Shown here one piece after another: positions 1 through 9,877 of a stretch of DNA of 64,000 nt (positions are counted from its first letter, which is position 1; each line of letters starts with the position of its first letter). Position numbers and translations under genes: made by a program. The stretch is from Elainellaceae cyanobacterium (GTDB taxonomy: Bacteria > Cyanobacteriota > Cyanobacteriia > CAKZMO01): positions 67,390 to 131,389 of the forward strand of contig JBHJHD010000019.1 in the NCBI GenBank assembly GCA_050331115.1, in the 5' to 3' direction. The notes beneath the pieces are model-generated. The model worked only from the letters and a program-made list of their open reading frames with translations. It searched no databases and was not told the origin of the DNA.

Positions 1-333
1 TGCCACTCCTATTCAAGCCGGCTCTAATTTCCCCAATATCGGCTAGGTTACTTTCGAGTAATAAAATACTCACCATATCAGTTAGCTTTGCGGTCCTAGC
101 TCAATCAATCTAAATAGTCCTCAAACCTGGATGGCCCTCAAAAATGACGTTAGACAGCATTGGCGGTACTGCACGACCCGACCCAATAACGCCTAGGCCC
201 CTGCGTCTCACTTCAGAGAGCGTCCCCTAATTAAAAACGGACGCGGCAGCAGCTTATCCGTAAAGATTTAGCCTTCTTTAACCGCTACTGTGCGCCACGC
301 CGCGGCTTTTTGTTAGACAGAGCTGGCTTAGTC

Positions 334-362
334 AGTGAATTGCATATGAGTGAATTGCATAT
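334..362. repeat. 14-nt direct repeat x2 (15-nt period) upstream of the response-regulator gene
   Basis: AGTGAATTGCATAT at 334-347 and 349-362. Confidence 0.85.
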
Positions 363-628
363 AGTCAATAATAAGGGCGCTAGCTCTGAAAACAAATGAG
401 CCGTTGTACAGAGAAATAGGCTCATCCTAAGGGCCCATGGTTCCGAAGGCTGACGCTGGGGCGCATCTTTGGCCGCTTAAGCTGAGAAGTATGCGTAGCG
501 TCCCCGCCGACTTCAAAATCAGGTTTGGACAGCCTAGCCCCCGCTAGGTCAAGTGTATTTCCATCGATAGATGCCTTGCTGTTGAAAAAGCAGTTAGCTT
601 TAAGGCTATATATGCAGAACCTAAAGCG

Positions 629-1378
629 ATGGTTTGTAACGCTATGCACAAAATTAGCGTCGTGCTCATTGAGGATCACGATCTAACGCGAATTGGTCTA
701 CAGTCGGCTCTACATCAGCAGAGCAATATAGAGGTTATTGGAGAGGCAAGGACCGGCGCTCAAGGTCTAGAGATTCTTCAGCAGATGGAGCCCGACGTTG
801 CCATTGTCGATATTGGGCTGCCGAACATCGATGGGATCGAGGTGACGCGGCGATTTAAGCAGAGTCAGAGCCAGGCGTCAGCCAACGGAAGCGGGCAGAC
901 TCGGGTTTTGATGCTGACCATGCACGACGGAGAAGAAGAGGTCTTGGCTGCGTTTGCTGCTGGGGCGGACTCCTACAGCATTAAGGACGCCAGCATCGAA
1001 AAGCTGATTGAGGCCATCAAAGTTACCCACTCTGGAGAAAACTGGATCGACCCGTCAATTGCGCGAATTGTGCTTCGTCAGGCCCAGCAGGATCAGCTTG
1101 GGGCAGCTTTCGAGGAGAGCGAAGGCACCCGGACAACGAGCATATCTGCCCTAGCGCCAGAGTACGAGCAGGTCATGAAAACCTGCGCGTTAACGGAGCG
1201 AGAGCTAGAGGTGCTGGAGCTGATCGTTGCCGGCTGCAGCAATGCCGACATCGCTAAAGAGCTTTACGTCACGGTTGGTACCGTCAAAACTCACGTGCGC
1301 AGCATCTTGAACAAGCTGTGCGTGGGCGATCGCACGCAGGCCGCTGTCAGAGCCTTGCGTGCGGGCCTAATTCGTTAA
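629..1378 (+). CDS. NarL/FixJ-type response regulator (receiver domain + LuxR-type HTH)
   Basis: N-terminal receiver motifs (VVLIEDHDLTRIGL; DVAIVDIGLPNIDG). C-terminal LuxR HTH (LTERELEVLELIVAGCSNADIAKELYVTVGTVKTHVRSILNKL). Long Q/S-rich insert and linker. ATG at 644 (MHKISVV) is a plausible alternative start. Confidence 0.9.
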   Translation: MVCNAMHKISVVLIEDHDLTRIGLQSALHQQSNIEVIGEARTGAQGLEILQQMEPDVAIVDIGLPNIDGIEVTRRFKQSQSQASANGSGQTRVLMLTMHDGEEEVLAAFAAGADSYSIKDASIEKLIEAIKVTHSGENWIDPSIARIVLRQAQQDQLGAAFEESEGTRTTSISALAPEYEQVMKTCALTERELEVLELIVAGCSNADIAKELYVTVGTVKTHVRSILNKLCVGDRTQAAVRALRAGLIR

Positions 1379-1392
1379 AGGGGGGGTAGCTC

Positions 1393-3057
1393 GTGCAGGA
1401 GGCTGTGCAGCACAGGCTGCTTAGCCTGGCTCGATTTGGCGTTTGCGATCGCGCTGACGACGAGTCTGGGTCTCGGGTGACCTATCAGTACAAGGGAACC
1501 TGCCCGCGCACCGGAGCCGCTCTCAGCCTGCCGCGTACGGTTCTGGCTGAGGCTGTTGCTCAGGGTTTGAGCCACCAGCTCGCTGAGGAAGACGCGATTC
1601 GCAGCAAGATGTACGGCATTTTGCTGGTCGATACCCCAGCGGGCTGTCGGGTCCTCAAGGCGTTTTCAGGGCGGCCCCACGGGCGCTTTGACCCAAGCTG
1701 GGTGCCGGCTGTTCCTCAGAATGACCAGCTAGTTCTGTCCGAGCTGCAGGCGATCGCTGAGCTAGAGGCGATTCGGCAAAAGCTCTGGGCGCTCGCTCAG
1801 CTTCCGGACCGAGAGGAGCACCGCCTTCGGGCGCAGGACTTTGCGGGCCGGCTGGCCCGTCTAGCTGAACGACATCGGCAGCAAAAAGAGCGCCGCAGGC
1901 AGCGACGGCAGCAGATGGAGCAACAGCTTGCTGGCCCCTTTAGCGGTGACCGCAGCGACCTCGCCAACGCCCTCACCGACTTAGACGACGAGAGTCGCCG
2001 TGATGGCATCGAGCGGCGGCAGCTAAAGCGAGAGCGCGATCGCCTCCTGAAGCCGCTCAAACAAACGATTGAGTCTGCTGACGCCGAAGCTCAAGCGCTA
2101 AAGCACAGGCGCAGGTGGCTTTCCCGCCAGCTCCAGGCGCAGATGCATGCGGCCCATACCTTAACCAATTTCGCGGGTGAGCGACTGGCGCTTTCAGATA
2201 TCGTATCGGGCCAGAGGATACCGACTGGAACCGGGGACTGCTGCGCCCCTAAGCTGCTGCACTACGCGGCAGCCCATGGACTGAAACCAATGGCGATGGC
2301 AGAATTTTGGTGGGGCGATCCATCCGCCGACGGCAGCCGGATTTCCAGAACGTTCTACGGCGCTTGCGCGGAGCGCTGTCAGCCCATTATGGGGTTCCTT
2401 CTGTCTGGAATGCCTGCCGCTGAGCCGGCTGCCCCACAGCATCAGATCCACGTGCTCTATGAAGACAGGTGGCTGGTCGCGGTCCACAAGCCGGCTGGCC
2501 TGCTGTCGACTCCCGGACGGGCCGTGCTCAACCCCAACAACGCCGCGAGTCAGGTAAGAGATGCCGTCGCAGCCCCGGTCTATGGCGTCCATCGGCTAGA
2601 CCAAGGCACCTCTGGCGTGCTCTTGTTCGCGCGATCGCCCCAGATGCACCGGCAAATCAGCGATCAGTTTCGGCAGCGGCGGGTGGAAAAGCGCTATGAA
2701 GCCCTGGTGACGGCGCCCGTGATGGCGGACCAGGGGTCCATTCACCTCCCCATAGGCCGCTACCAGGACCACCGCCCTAAGCGCCGCGTTGATAGGGCGG
2801 GGAAGCCCAGCCACACGCAGTTTGCGGTCCTACAGCGTGGCGATGTCACGCGTTTGGACCTCACGCCGACGACGGGCCGCACCCATCAGCTCAGGGTGCA
2901 CCTGGCCGCTCCAGAGGGTTTAGGCGCGCCAATCCTGGGCGATCGCCTCTATGGCGGAGCGCCCAGCAGCCGGCTTCATCTCCACGCCCGGGAGCTGACG
3001 GTATGGCATCCAGAATTGAACAAGACGCTTTGCGTCACTGCTGAGACGCCTTTTTAA
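1393..3057 (+). CDS. RluA-family pseudouridine synthase with ~350-aa non-canonical N-terminal extension
   Basis: The C-terminal ~200 aa carry RluA motifs (VAVHKPAGLLS; catalytic-Asp motif HRLDQGTSGVLLFA; THQLRVH). GTG start lies 14 nt after the upstream stop, behind a G-rich SD-like run. The N-terminal part is unusual (see findings). Confidence 0.8.
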   Translation: MQEAVQHRLLSLARFGVCDRADDESGSRVTYQYKGTCPRTGAALSLPRTVLAEAVAQGLSHQLAEEDAIRSKMYGILLVDTPAGCRVLKAFSGRPHGRFDPSWVPAVPQNDQLVLSELQAIAELEAIRQKLWALAQLPDREEHRLRAQDFAGRLARLAERHRQQKERRRQRRQQMEQQLAGPFSGDRSDLANALTDLDDESRRDGIERRQLKRERDRLLKPLKQTIESADAEAQALKHRRRWLSRQLQAQMHAAHTLTNFAGERLALSDIVSGQRIPTGTGDCCAPKLLHYAAAHGLKPMAMAEFWWGDPSADGSRISRTFYGACAERCQPIMGFLLSGMPAAEPAAPQHQIHVLYEDRWLVAVHKPAGLLSTPGRAVLNPNNAASQVRDAVAAPVYGVHRLDQGTSGVLLFARSPQMHRQISDQFRQRRVEKRYEALVTAPVMADQGSIHLPIGRYQDHRPKRRVDRAGKPSHTQFAVLQRGDVTRLDLTPTTGRTHQLRVHLAAPEGLGAPILGDRLYGGAPSSRLHLHARELTVWHPELNKTLCVTAETPF

Positions 3058-3084
3058 GGGACAGAGCGGTGCCCCGTCCCTACC
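3056..3084. repeat. small palindromic element (GGGAC...GTCCCTACC type), copy 1
   Basis: AAGGGACAGAGCGGTGCCCCGTCCCTACC overlaps the last two bases of the rluA-like stop codon (TAA 3055-3057) and continues immediately 3' of it. Closely resembles the element at 25055-25083. Confidence 0.5.
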
Positions 3085-3094
3085 GCGATGCGGT

Positions 3095-4279
3095 TTATCG
3101 GTCCACAGAGCCCATAATGATGTCAATGCTGCCGAGGATAGCCATAATGTCGGCCACCTTGACGCCGCGCAGCAGCTCCGGCAAAATCTGTAGATTGTTG
3201 AAGTCGGCGGCACGGATTTTCCAGCGCCAGGGAAAGACATCGTTGCTGCCAATCAGATAGATGCCCAGCTCGCCCTTGCCGCTCTCCACCCGCACGTAGT
3301 GCTCACCCTCAGGAATCTTAAAGGTGGGCGGAATTTTCTTGCCGATAAACTGGTAGTCAAATTCGTTCCACTCCGACTTCGGGCCGCTGGCCATGCGCTT
3401 GGCTTCCAGGTTTTCGTAGGGGCCGCCGGGCAGCTGCTTAATCGCTTGCCGAATAATTTTTACGGACTCGCGCATTTCCCGGACTCTGACCACGTAGCGG
3501 GCAAAGCAGTCGCCCACGGTCTCCCACTGCACGTCCCAGTCGAGCTCGTCGTAGCACTCGTAGTGGTCCACCTTGCGCAGGTCCCACTTAACCCCCGAAG
3601 CGCGCAGCATGGGGCCGGAGAGGCCCCAGCTGATGGCCTGATCGCGGGTAATCACGCCAAGCCCCTCTACCCGCCGGCGGAAGATGGGGTTATTGGTAAT
3701 GAGTTTTTCGTACTCATCGACCTTGGGCAAGAAGTAGTCGCAGAAATCTTCGCACTTGTCGACCCAGCCGTAGGGCAAGTCTGCCGCCACGCCGCCGATG
3801 CGGAAATAGTTGTTGTTGATCAGCCGCGCGCCGCTGGCCGCCTCCCACAGATCGTAGATCATCTCCCGCTCCCGGAAGATATAGAAGAACGGCGTCTGGG
3901 CCCCGACATCTGCTAGAAACGGCCCTAGCCAGAGCAGGTGGTTAGCGATGCGGTTGAGCTCCAGCATGATTACGCGAATGTAGCTGGCCCGCTTGGGTAC
4001 GTCGATGTTGGCCAGCTTCTCCGGCGCGTTGACCGTGACGGCCTCGTTAAACATGCCCTCGGCGTAGTCCCAGCGGCTCACGTAGGGCACAAACATAGTG
4101 TTGGTGCGGTTCTCGGCAATCTTCTCCATACCGCGGTGGAGGTAGCCAATGACGGGCTCACAGTCCACGACGTCTTCACCGTCTAGAGTCACAACGAGAC
4201 GCAGCACGCCGTGCATAGACGGATGATGTGGCCCCATGTTGATTACCATGGGCTCGGTCTTAGTTTCGATCATCGACAT
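3095..4279 (-). CDS. ndhH: NAD(P)H-quinone oxidoreductase (NDH-1) subunit H
   Basis: 394 aa. Full-length NuoD/NdhH-like sequence ([24 protein letters not shown]-terminal [12 protein letters not shown]). Confidence 0.97.
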   Translation of the reverse strand: MSMIETKTEPMVINMGPHHPSMHGVLRLVVTLDGEDVVDCEPVIGYLHRGMEKIAENRTNTMFVPYVSRWDYAEGMFNEAVTVNAPEKLANIDVPKRASYIRVIMLELNRIANHLLWLGPFLADVGAQTPFFYIFREREMIYDLWEAASGARLINNNYFRIGGVAADLPYGWVDKCEDFCDYFLPKVDEYEKLITNNPIFRRRVEGLGVITRDQAISWGLSGPMLRASGVKWDLRKVDHYECYDELDWDVQWETVGDCFARYVVRVREMRESVKIIRQAIKQLPGGPYENLEAKRMASGPKSEWNEFDYQFIGKKIPPTFKIPEGEHYVRVESGKGELGIYLIGSNDVFPWRWKIRAADFNNLQILPELLRGVKVADIMAILGSIDIIMGSVDR

Positions 4280-4480
4280 GGGTCGCAGATTTCCTCTAGG
4301 TATAACGGCTAACGGAGAGAATGGCTCGTTGCGCAGCGGCCGACTTTATTACGCTTACTTAACTTTATTATAAGGACTGACGTCAGCTTAGGCATCCATT
4401 GCTTTGGTCCGGTCGCTTAGGACAACCCGGCTGCCTCAAAGACTGATATTCTATAGGCGACCGAACGCTCAAGTGTCCCA

Positions 4481-5362
4481 ATGCATCAGGACACTTGCTA
4501 TATGGCTCCCTTTAATCACATTCCAGTTTTAGCTGACGCTGCGATCGCCAGTCTACTGCTCCGCCCTGGCGGACGCTACCTTGACGCCACGGTGGGCGGT
4601 GGCGGCCACAGCCAGCTCATTTTGGCGGTGCCAGGCACCCAAGTTGTGGCCATCGATCAAGATCCGGCGGCCCTAGCGGCGGCCCGCGATCGCCTGTCAG
4701 AGTACGGCGATCGGGTTACGTTTCACCACAGCAACTTTGCTGACTACGACCCGGAAGCCCCCTTCGACGGCATTCTGGCTGATTTAGGCGTTAGCTCCCC
4801 CCAAGTTGATCAGCCCGAGCGGGGGTTTAGCTTCCGGCAGGCGGCCCCGCTCGATATGCGCATGGACCAGACCCGGGGCGAGACCGCTGCGGACATCGTC
4901 AACCATACGGACGAAACCGAGCTGGCCAACCTAATCTATCGCTACGGTGAAGAGCGGCTGTCCCGGCGCATCGCCCGCCAAATCGTGCAGCGGCGCCCCT
5001 TTACCGACACGGTGCAGCTGGCGGAGGCGATCGCCCAAAGCGTGCCTCGCAGCTACCGCTATGGCCGTATCCATCCGGCGACGCGCACCTTTCAGGCCCT
5101 GCGGATTGCCGTCAACCAGGAGCTAGAGCGGCTAGCGCAATTCCTTGAGCGGGCTCCCGCCTGGCTATCCCCGGGCGGACGACTCACCATCATTAGCTTC
5201 CACAGCCTGGAGGACCGGATGGTCAAGCACAGCTTAAAGGACAACCCCGATCTGCTCGTAGTTACGAAAAAGCCGGCGATCGCCGATGAGGCCGAAACCT
5301 TACGCAATCCCCGCGCCCGTTCGGCAAAGCTAAGAACGGCTGAGCGGCGCGCTGAAGACTAG
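4481..5362 (+). CDS. rsmH: 16S rRNA (cytosine1402-N4)-methyltransferase RsmH/MraW
   Basis: HIPVL..., [30 protein letters not shown] motifs. ATG at 4502 is an alternative start. Confidence 0.93.
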   Translation: MHQDTCYMAPFNHIPVLADAAIASLLLRPGGRYLDATVGGGGHSQLILAVPGTQVVAIDQDPAALAAARDRLSEYGDRVTFHHSNFADYDPEAPFDGILADLGVSSPQVDQPERGFSFRQAAPLDMRMDQTRGETAADIVNHTDETELANLIYRYGEERLSRRIARQIVQRRPFTDTVQLAEAIAQSVPRSYRYGRIHPATRTFQALRIAVNQELERLAQFLERAPAWLSPGGRLTIISFHSLEDRMVKHSLKDNPDLLVVTKKPAIADEAETLRNPRARSAKLRTAERRAED

Positions 5363-5415
5363 CTTCTAGCGCGCCGCTCTCTAGAGCCGCTAAGCGTTGG
5401 TGAAACTGAGATCGG

Positions 5416-5967
5416 CTAGACGGCGCTCTTCACGGGAACGTAGCCCATCTCTCCCAGCTTAGAGAGAACCTTATTGGTGCTCTCCTCTAGGGTTTCGAGG
5501 TCGGTGCGGCACTCGACTTCAGGGTTCTCAGGAGCCTCGTAAGGATCAGAAATCCCCGTGAACTGCTTGATCTCGCCGGAGCGGGCCCGCTTATATAGCC
5601 CCTTAACGTCTCGCTCCTCGCACACCGACAGCGGCGCGTTGGCGTAGACCTCTATAAAGTCGCCGATGCGCTCGCGCACGTCGTCTCGGATAGCTCGGTA
5701 GGGTGAAATAGCCGAGACGAGTACGATCACGCCGTTGCGGGTCAAGAGCTGAGAGACAAAGCCAATGCGGCGGATGTTCTCATCGCGATCTTCCTTGGAA
5801 AACCCCAGTCCCTTGGTAAGATTCTGCCGCACGATGTCGCCGTCTAGCACCTCAACTTTCAGGCCCTGGTCCCGCAGCTTCTTCTCGAGCTCAATGCGGA
5901 TAGTTGTTTTCCCAGACCCGCTCAGCCCAGTGAACCAAACGGTTACGCCGCGTTGCTCAGTACTCAT
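5416..5967 (-). CDS. cysC: adenylylsulfate (APS) kinase
   Basis: GVTVWFTGLSGSGKTT P-loop, LDGDIVR and FISPY-like SAISPYR motifs. 183 aa, typical size. Confidence 0.95.
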   Translation of the reverse strand: MSTEQRGVTVWFTGLSGSGKTTIRIELEKKLRDQGLKVEVLDGDIVRQNLTKGLGFSKEDRDENIRRIGFVSQLLTRNGVIVLVSAISPYRAIRDDVRERIGDFIEVYANAPLSVCEERDVKGLYKRARSGEIKQFTGISDPYEAPENPEVECRTDLETLEESTNKVLSKLGEMGYVPVKSAV

Positions 5968-6274
5968 AAATTAGTCTCCTATAGCTCTTAGAATTAACCT
6001 AGATTAGCCCCACCAGGTTAGAAAATGCGCAAACAGCAAATGTCCTACTGCCGATTGATTTATTAATTACGCTGTAGATCGGTTCGATAGCCACGGATAA
6101 GGGCCAGACTCAATCTTACTGTCCCGTAAAAAACTTAGACCTCGTACAGGCTGTCGCATAAATCATGAGGCTACTTGACACTGTAAGAGCTCAAGCGCCG
6201 GGTGTCACAGGTTCTACAGCAAATTCACTAAATTTTTGGCATTCGGTTTACAAAAGCTTTAATTGCCCTTGACC

Positions 6275-7075
6275 TTACGCCTCTGCGTCCTGAGACTCTG
6301 ACGGGGCCGTGGCAGCCTGTTCACCACTGTGAGACTGGCTCTCTGCAGACTGGCCCTCTTCAGACTTGCTTTCAGGCTGGCCCTCTGTGGACTGGCCCTC
6401 TGTGGACTGGCGCTGTTCCCGCTTCTTGCGGTCGGCCTTCAGAATATCTTCCATCACGATGCGGGCTTGCTCTAGCTTCTCCAGATTTGAGCGATAGATG
6501 TCCAAATCTTTCTGGAGCTTATCGAAGGAAAAATGCATTCGCTCGCAGAGCGGCTCAAGGATTTCCTTCAGCCGAGCGGGGTCTTCAACAGCAGCAGCCT
6601 CTATCGTCTCTACGATCGTATACAGCCCGATCGCCCAAAGGCGACTGTACTTAAACTGAGGGTTGTTGGCAACGCCCTGCAAAGAATCGCCTAGCAGAGC
6701 CGTGTTGCTTAGCGCTTGGGAGGTTTCAGAGTGGCCAAAGGCCATCAAATCATCCACCGAAAGCTGAGCGGCATCGCCCAGGACCTGCTGCGCATCCTGA
6801 CGATACTTGTGGGGGTCGGATTCGACAGCCTGACAGAGGGCCGAGAAGATTGACGCTAGATCTTGCTCCGGGCGGTAGCCCAGCATAAAGCGATCAAAGC
6901 TGGTTACAACGCCAAGCGCATAAATCGCGTTGTACTGAAAGTTTACGTTCACCGACAGCAGATGCATTTCCACCATCAGTTCTTCAACAACTCGGCGATA
7001 GAGCGAGTTTATTGGCCGCGTGTGAGCATTATAAAAGGCACGCTTAGTGTCTGAAACGGTACGGACGTTGTTCAC
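6275..7075 (-). CDS. thf1: thylakoid formation protein Thf1/Psb29
   Basis: N-terminus VSDTKRAFYNAHTRPINSLYRRVVEELMVEMHLL is characteristic of Thf1. The acidic/Q-rich C-terminal tail contains a degenerate 15-nt repeat (STEGQ STEGQ). Confidence 0.9.
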   Translation of the reverse strand: MNNVRTVSDTKRAFYNAHTRPINSLYRRVVEELMVEMHLLSVNVNFQYNAIYALGVVTSFDRFMLGYRPEQDLASIFSALCQAVESDPHKYRQDAQQVLGDAAQLSVDDLMAFGHSETSQALSNTALLGDSLQGVANNPQFKYSRLWAIGLYTIVETIEAAAVEDPARLKEILEPLCERMHFSFDKLQKDLDIYRSNLEKLEQARIVMEDILKADRKKREQRQSTEGQSTEGQPESKSEEGQSAESQSHSGEQAATAPSESQDAEA

Positions 7076-7173
7076 TGATAGTAAGAGGCGTAGATCGTAA
7101 CCTCATTGTCCCTCCTCTCTGACCGTTTGCCAAGGAATGGGCAACTGGAGGACTCACAGCAAGGCAGTTGGCC

Positions 7174-7521
7174 TTAGCTCGGGAGCGACTCTAGAGCCGC
7201 CTGCTCAGATGAGTAGATGTCGAACACCGAATCCATCATCGTCACTTCTAAGACGAGCTTGGCGTCCGAGTGAACGTTGCAAATTCGGAAGCTGCCGTTG
7301 ACCTTATCGGCGTCGCGCATGCCGGCAACTAAGGACGTCAGCCCAGAGCTATCGATGAAGTTGACGTCGCTCAGGTTGATAATTAGATGGGGGCAGCTCG
7401 ACGAGATGCACTCCTGAAGCTTTAGGCGAAACTGCCAGGCGGTGGTAATGTCTAAGCGCCCGGATGGCCTAAGGATAGTGACTTGCCTATTCTCGTCAAA
7501 AGTTAGAGTCTCTTGATCCAT
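7174..7521 (-). CDS. STAS-domain anti-sigma-factor antagonist-like protein
   Basis: 115 aa. SpoIIAA-like pattern (VTILRPSGRLD, INLSDVNFIDSSGLTSLV). Confidence 0.8.
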   Translation of the reverse strand: MDQETLTFDENRQVTILRPSGRLDITTAWQFRLKLQECISSSCPHLIINLSDVNFIDSSGLTSLVAGMRDADKVNGSFRICNVHSDAKLVLEVTMMDSVFDIYSSEQAALESLPS

Positions 7522-7759
7522 TGTTGGCTACTACTGTTGGCTACTACTTAGTGACGTAATCTTCCACGTAGCCACGCTGCTGACTACGACGCCTTTTTGG
7601 GAAAAAGCTTGGCCCTTATTTCTCCCAGCATAATGATCTCCTACCAGACGCGAGGGCGACGTAGAAGCCTGTAGCGACATAGGGCAGGCTACTTTACTAG
7701 GGTAGCCGCTCAATGTCTCGATTTCAAAAGTTATAAACTTTCAGAAACGGCTAATCGGT

Positions 7760-8818
7760 TTAGGCGGACGCCTCTGTCGTCCAGTTGACCCAGTCCTGAG
7801 GCTTTAGAAAAACCTCATACAGCCGCGCCTCTGGGGTCTCAGGCTCTGGGCTATAGTCATATTCCCAGCGAACCAGGGGCGGCAAAGACATCAAAATCGA
7901 CTCGGTGCGCCCGTTGGTCTGTAGGCCAAAGATAGTGCCCCGGTCATAGACCAGGTTGAATTCGACATAGCGCCCCCGACGATAGAGCTGAAATTGACGT
8001 TCGCGATCGCCAAACTCCCGCCCTCGCCGCCGCTCTGCAATCGGCACGTAGGCCGGCAAAAAGCTGTTGCCGCAGGCGCGTACGAAATCAAATATCGACT
8101 CCCAGCTGCGGGATGCTACGTCGCCCAGGCGATCGCTGTACTGTGCTGCCGCTTTATCCGGATGCGGACCGCGATAAAGCCGGCCGCGTCCGTCTTGGTA
8201 ATCGAAGAAAACGCCGCCGACGCCCCGCGTCTCCCCGCGGTGCTTTAGGTAAAAGTATTCGTCGCACCAGGGCTTAAAGGTCGGGTAGTAGTCAGGGTGG
8301 TGGGCGTCGCAGGCCGCCTTGAGGGTGCGGTGGAAGTGGGCTACATCTTCGTCTACGGGGTAATAGGGCGTGAGGTCAATGCCGCCGCCAAACCACCAGA
8401 CGGGCCCTGCCTCGAAGTAGCGGTAGTTGAGGTGCACCGTCGGCACATAGGGATTGCGGGGGTGCAGCACCATCGAAGTGCCGGTGGCGTAGAACGGGTG
8501 GCCTTCTGCCTCAGGCCGCTGCGCCACAATGGACGGCGGCAGGGTCTTGCCCCAAATTTCTGAAAAGTTGACGCCCCCCTGCTCGAACAGGCTGCCCTGC
8601 TTGATGACGCGAGAGCGGCCGCCGCCGCCGCCTTCGCGCTCCCAAGCGTCCTGCTGAAAAGCCGCCTCACCGTCTAAATTCTGCAGAGCCTGGCAGATAT
8701 CATCTTGAAGCGTCTTCATAAAGTTGCTGACCTGCGCCTTGGAATCGGCGGGTGGGGCGGCAGGTGCGGCGGGCGCAGGTGCGGCGGGCGCTGAGACGTT
8801 GAGGGATGACTGTGCCAT
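7760..8818 (-). CDS. hemF: oxygen-dependent coproporphyrinogen III oxidase
   Basis: [35 protein letters not shown] and [14 protein letters not shown] motifs. Ala/Pro repeat at the N-terminus. Confidence 0.95.
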   Translation of the reverse strand: MAQSSLNVSAPAAPAPAAPAAPPADSKAQVSNFMKTLQDDICQALQNLDGEAAFQQDAWEREGGGGGRSRVIKQGSLFEQGGVNFSEIWGKTLPPSIVAQRPEAEGHPFYATGTSMVLHPRNPYVPTVHLNYRYFEAGPVWWFGGGIDLTPYYPVDEDVAHFHRTLKAACDAHHPDYYPTFKPWCDEYFYLKHRGETRGVGGVFFDYQDGRGRLYRGPHPDKAAAQYSDRLGDVASRSWESIFDFVRACGNSFLPAYVPIAERRRGREFGDRERQFQLYRRGRYVEFNLVYDRGTIFGLQTNGRTESILMSLPPLVRWEYDYSPEPETPEARLYEVFLKPQDWVNWTTEASA

Positions 8819-8926
8819 GGACTACTGATGAACGTTCCGCATAAAAGAGCTGTAAGCCTCTTACCCTATGGAGCGCAGCGTTGTTCAACGCCGGCGAGGC
8901 TTGCTCTAGACTATCTCGATTTCTAC

Positions 8927-9715
8927 CTAGGCAGAGGCCTGATAGTCAGACTGTAACAAACTGTAGGGCATCGGTTGGGCCACGCCTTCCTCAAGCCACT
9001 GCGCTAGAAACCGCCGCAGCCAGCGCTCAACCGTCTCTCGATGCTGTCCGTGGGCATTGCGCTGCACCTCATGGGGCTGGGCACCCAGCTGGTTGAGCTG
9101 GTCTGCTGCTTTCGCGTTCCAGAGCTCTAGCATCAGCCGCGTCATTTCTGGGTGAAACTGTAGGCCGTAGACGCCAGGGCCGTAGCGAAACGCCTGATTT
9201 GCAAACACCTCTCCCGTGAGCAGCAGCGTGCCGCCGTCCGGAAGCTCAAACCCTTCCCGATGCCACTGATAAACCTGGGATAGCTCACCGAACAAATTTT
9301 GACCCGCTGTCGTAGACTGCACGGGCGCATAGCCAATTTCAACGCGCTTTTGAGGATGGGCGCTGACGGTAGCCCCGAGCGATCGCGCCAGTAGCTGAGC
9401 CCCGAGACAGATCCCCAAATAGGGCTTCTGGGCTGCCAGCACTTCGGGCAGCCACGCCAGCTCAGCTTGGATGAAGGGCAGCTCGTCGTTGGCGCTCATG
9501 GGTCCGCCGAAGACGATCACCGCAGCATAATCCCGCAGAGCTTTGGGCAGAGCCGTCCCGGTGGCCGGACAGCGTATCTCTAGGGCGTAGCCCATCTCCT
9601 GCAGGATTTGTCCAATGCGTCCTGGGTTTGAGCTGGACTGGTGGACAATAACCAAGATTCTGTCTGTCATGCTTTTGAGGAGGGGAACGCCGGATTCCAT
9701 TGTGCCGGATTTCAC
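8927..9715 (-). CDS. class I glutamine amidotransferase (GMP synthase-like GATase domain protein)
   Basis: GICLGAQLL nucleophile-elbow Cys and LQFHPE His/Glu motif. Likely true start is ATG 9670 (MTDRILVIVHQ). Confidence 0.8.
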   Translation of the reverse strand: MKSGTMESGVPLLKSMTDRILVIVHQSSSNPGRIGQILQEMGYALEIRCPATGTALPKALRDYAAVIVFGGPMSANDELPFIQAELAWLPEVLAAQKPYLGICLGAQLLARSLGATVSAHPQKRVEIGYAPVQSTTAGQNLFGELSQVYQWHREGFELPDGGTLLLTGEVFANQAFRYGPGVYGLQFHPEMTRLMLELWNAKAADQLNQLGAQPHEVQRNAHGQHRETVERWLRRFLAQWLEEGVAQPMPYSLLQSDYQASA

Positions 9716-9786
9716 GGGCGCAAAACGTTTTCCTGGCCTTAAGATAGCGCTAAATATTGCGGCGCTCGATCATTAAACGCTAGGCC

Positions 9787-9877
9787 AATATCAGCGCGGC
9801 AGATATCAGGGCGGGCCGACAATTGAATATCAGCCAAATATCAGCTAAATATCAGCCAAATATCAGGGCGGGCCGAC
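9787..9877. repeat. ATATCAG-iterated region with 18-nt direct repeat duplicating the thiolase 3' end
   Basis: ATATCAG occurs 7 times. ATATCAGGGCGGGCCGAC is at 9803-9820 and 9860-9877 (the second copy contains the thiolase stop codon). AATATCAGCCAA-type ~12-nt units lie between. Confidence 0.8.

Noticed and set aside
1-320. Possible tmRNA (or permuted tmRNA coding piece). The window begins with TGCCACTCC, like a tRNA-type 3' acceptor end. GGTTACTTTCGAG resembles the tmRNA 5' GGTTTCGAC. An NKI… reading frame ends in TAA.
   Set aside because: No T-arm (GGTTCGA-type) or complementary acceptor strand is visible. The putative tag does not start with Ala or end in the usual …AA. Only about 10 nt of the supposed upstream RNA are in the window. 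The evidence is too weak to call.
422-679. 85-aa minus-strand ORF, and the 60-aa ORF at 7531..7713.
   Set aside because: There are no motifs. The first overlaps the start of the response-regulator gene. The second lies in the STAS promoter region and includes the 13-nt tandem repeat. Both are probably chance ORFs.
3299-3916. Long ORFs antisense to confident genes. Examples: 3299..3916 in ndhH, 18160..18759 over ccsA/ccsB, 26144..26776 in the ChaN-like gene, 58746..59411 in rsgA, 60275..60847 in the desulfurase gene, 62233..62805 in pstS, 35832..36446 in the peptidase gene.
   Set aside because: High GC with strong third-position bias suppresses stop codons on the opposite strand. The translations are Arg/Ala/Pro/Gly-rich low-complexity with no motifs, while the sense-strand genes have clear family signatures.
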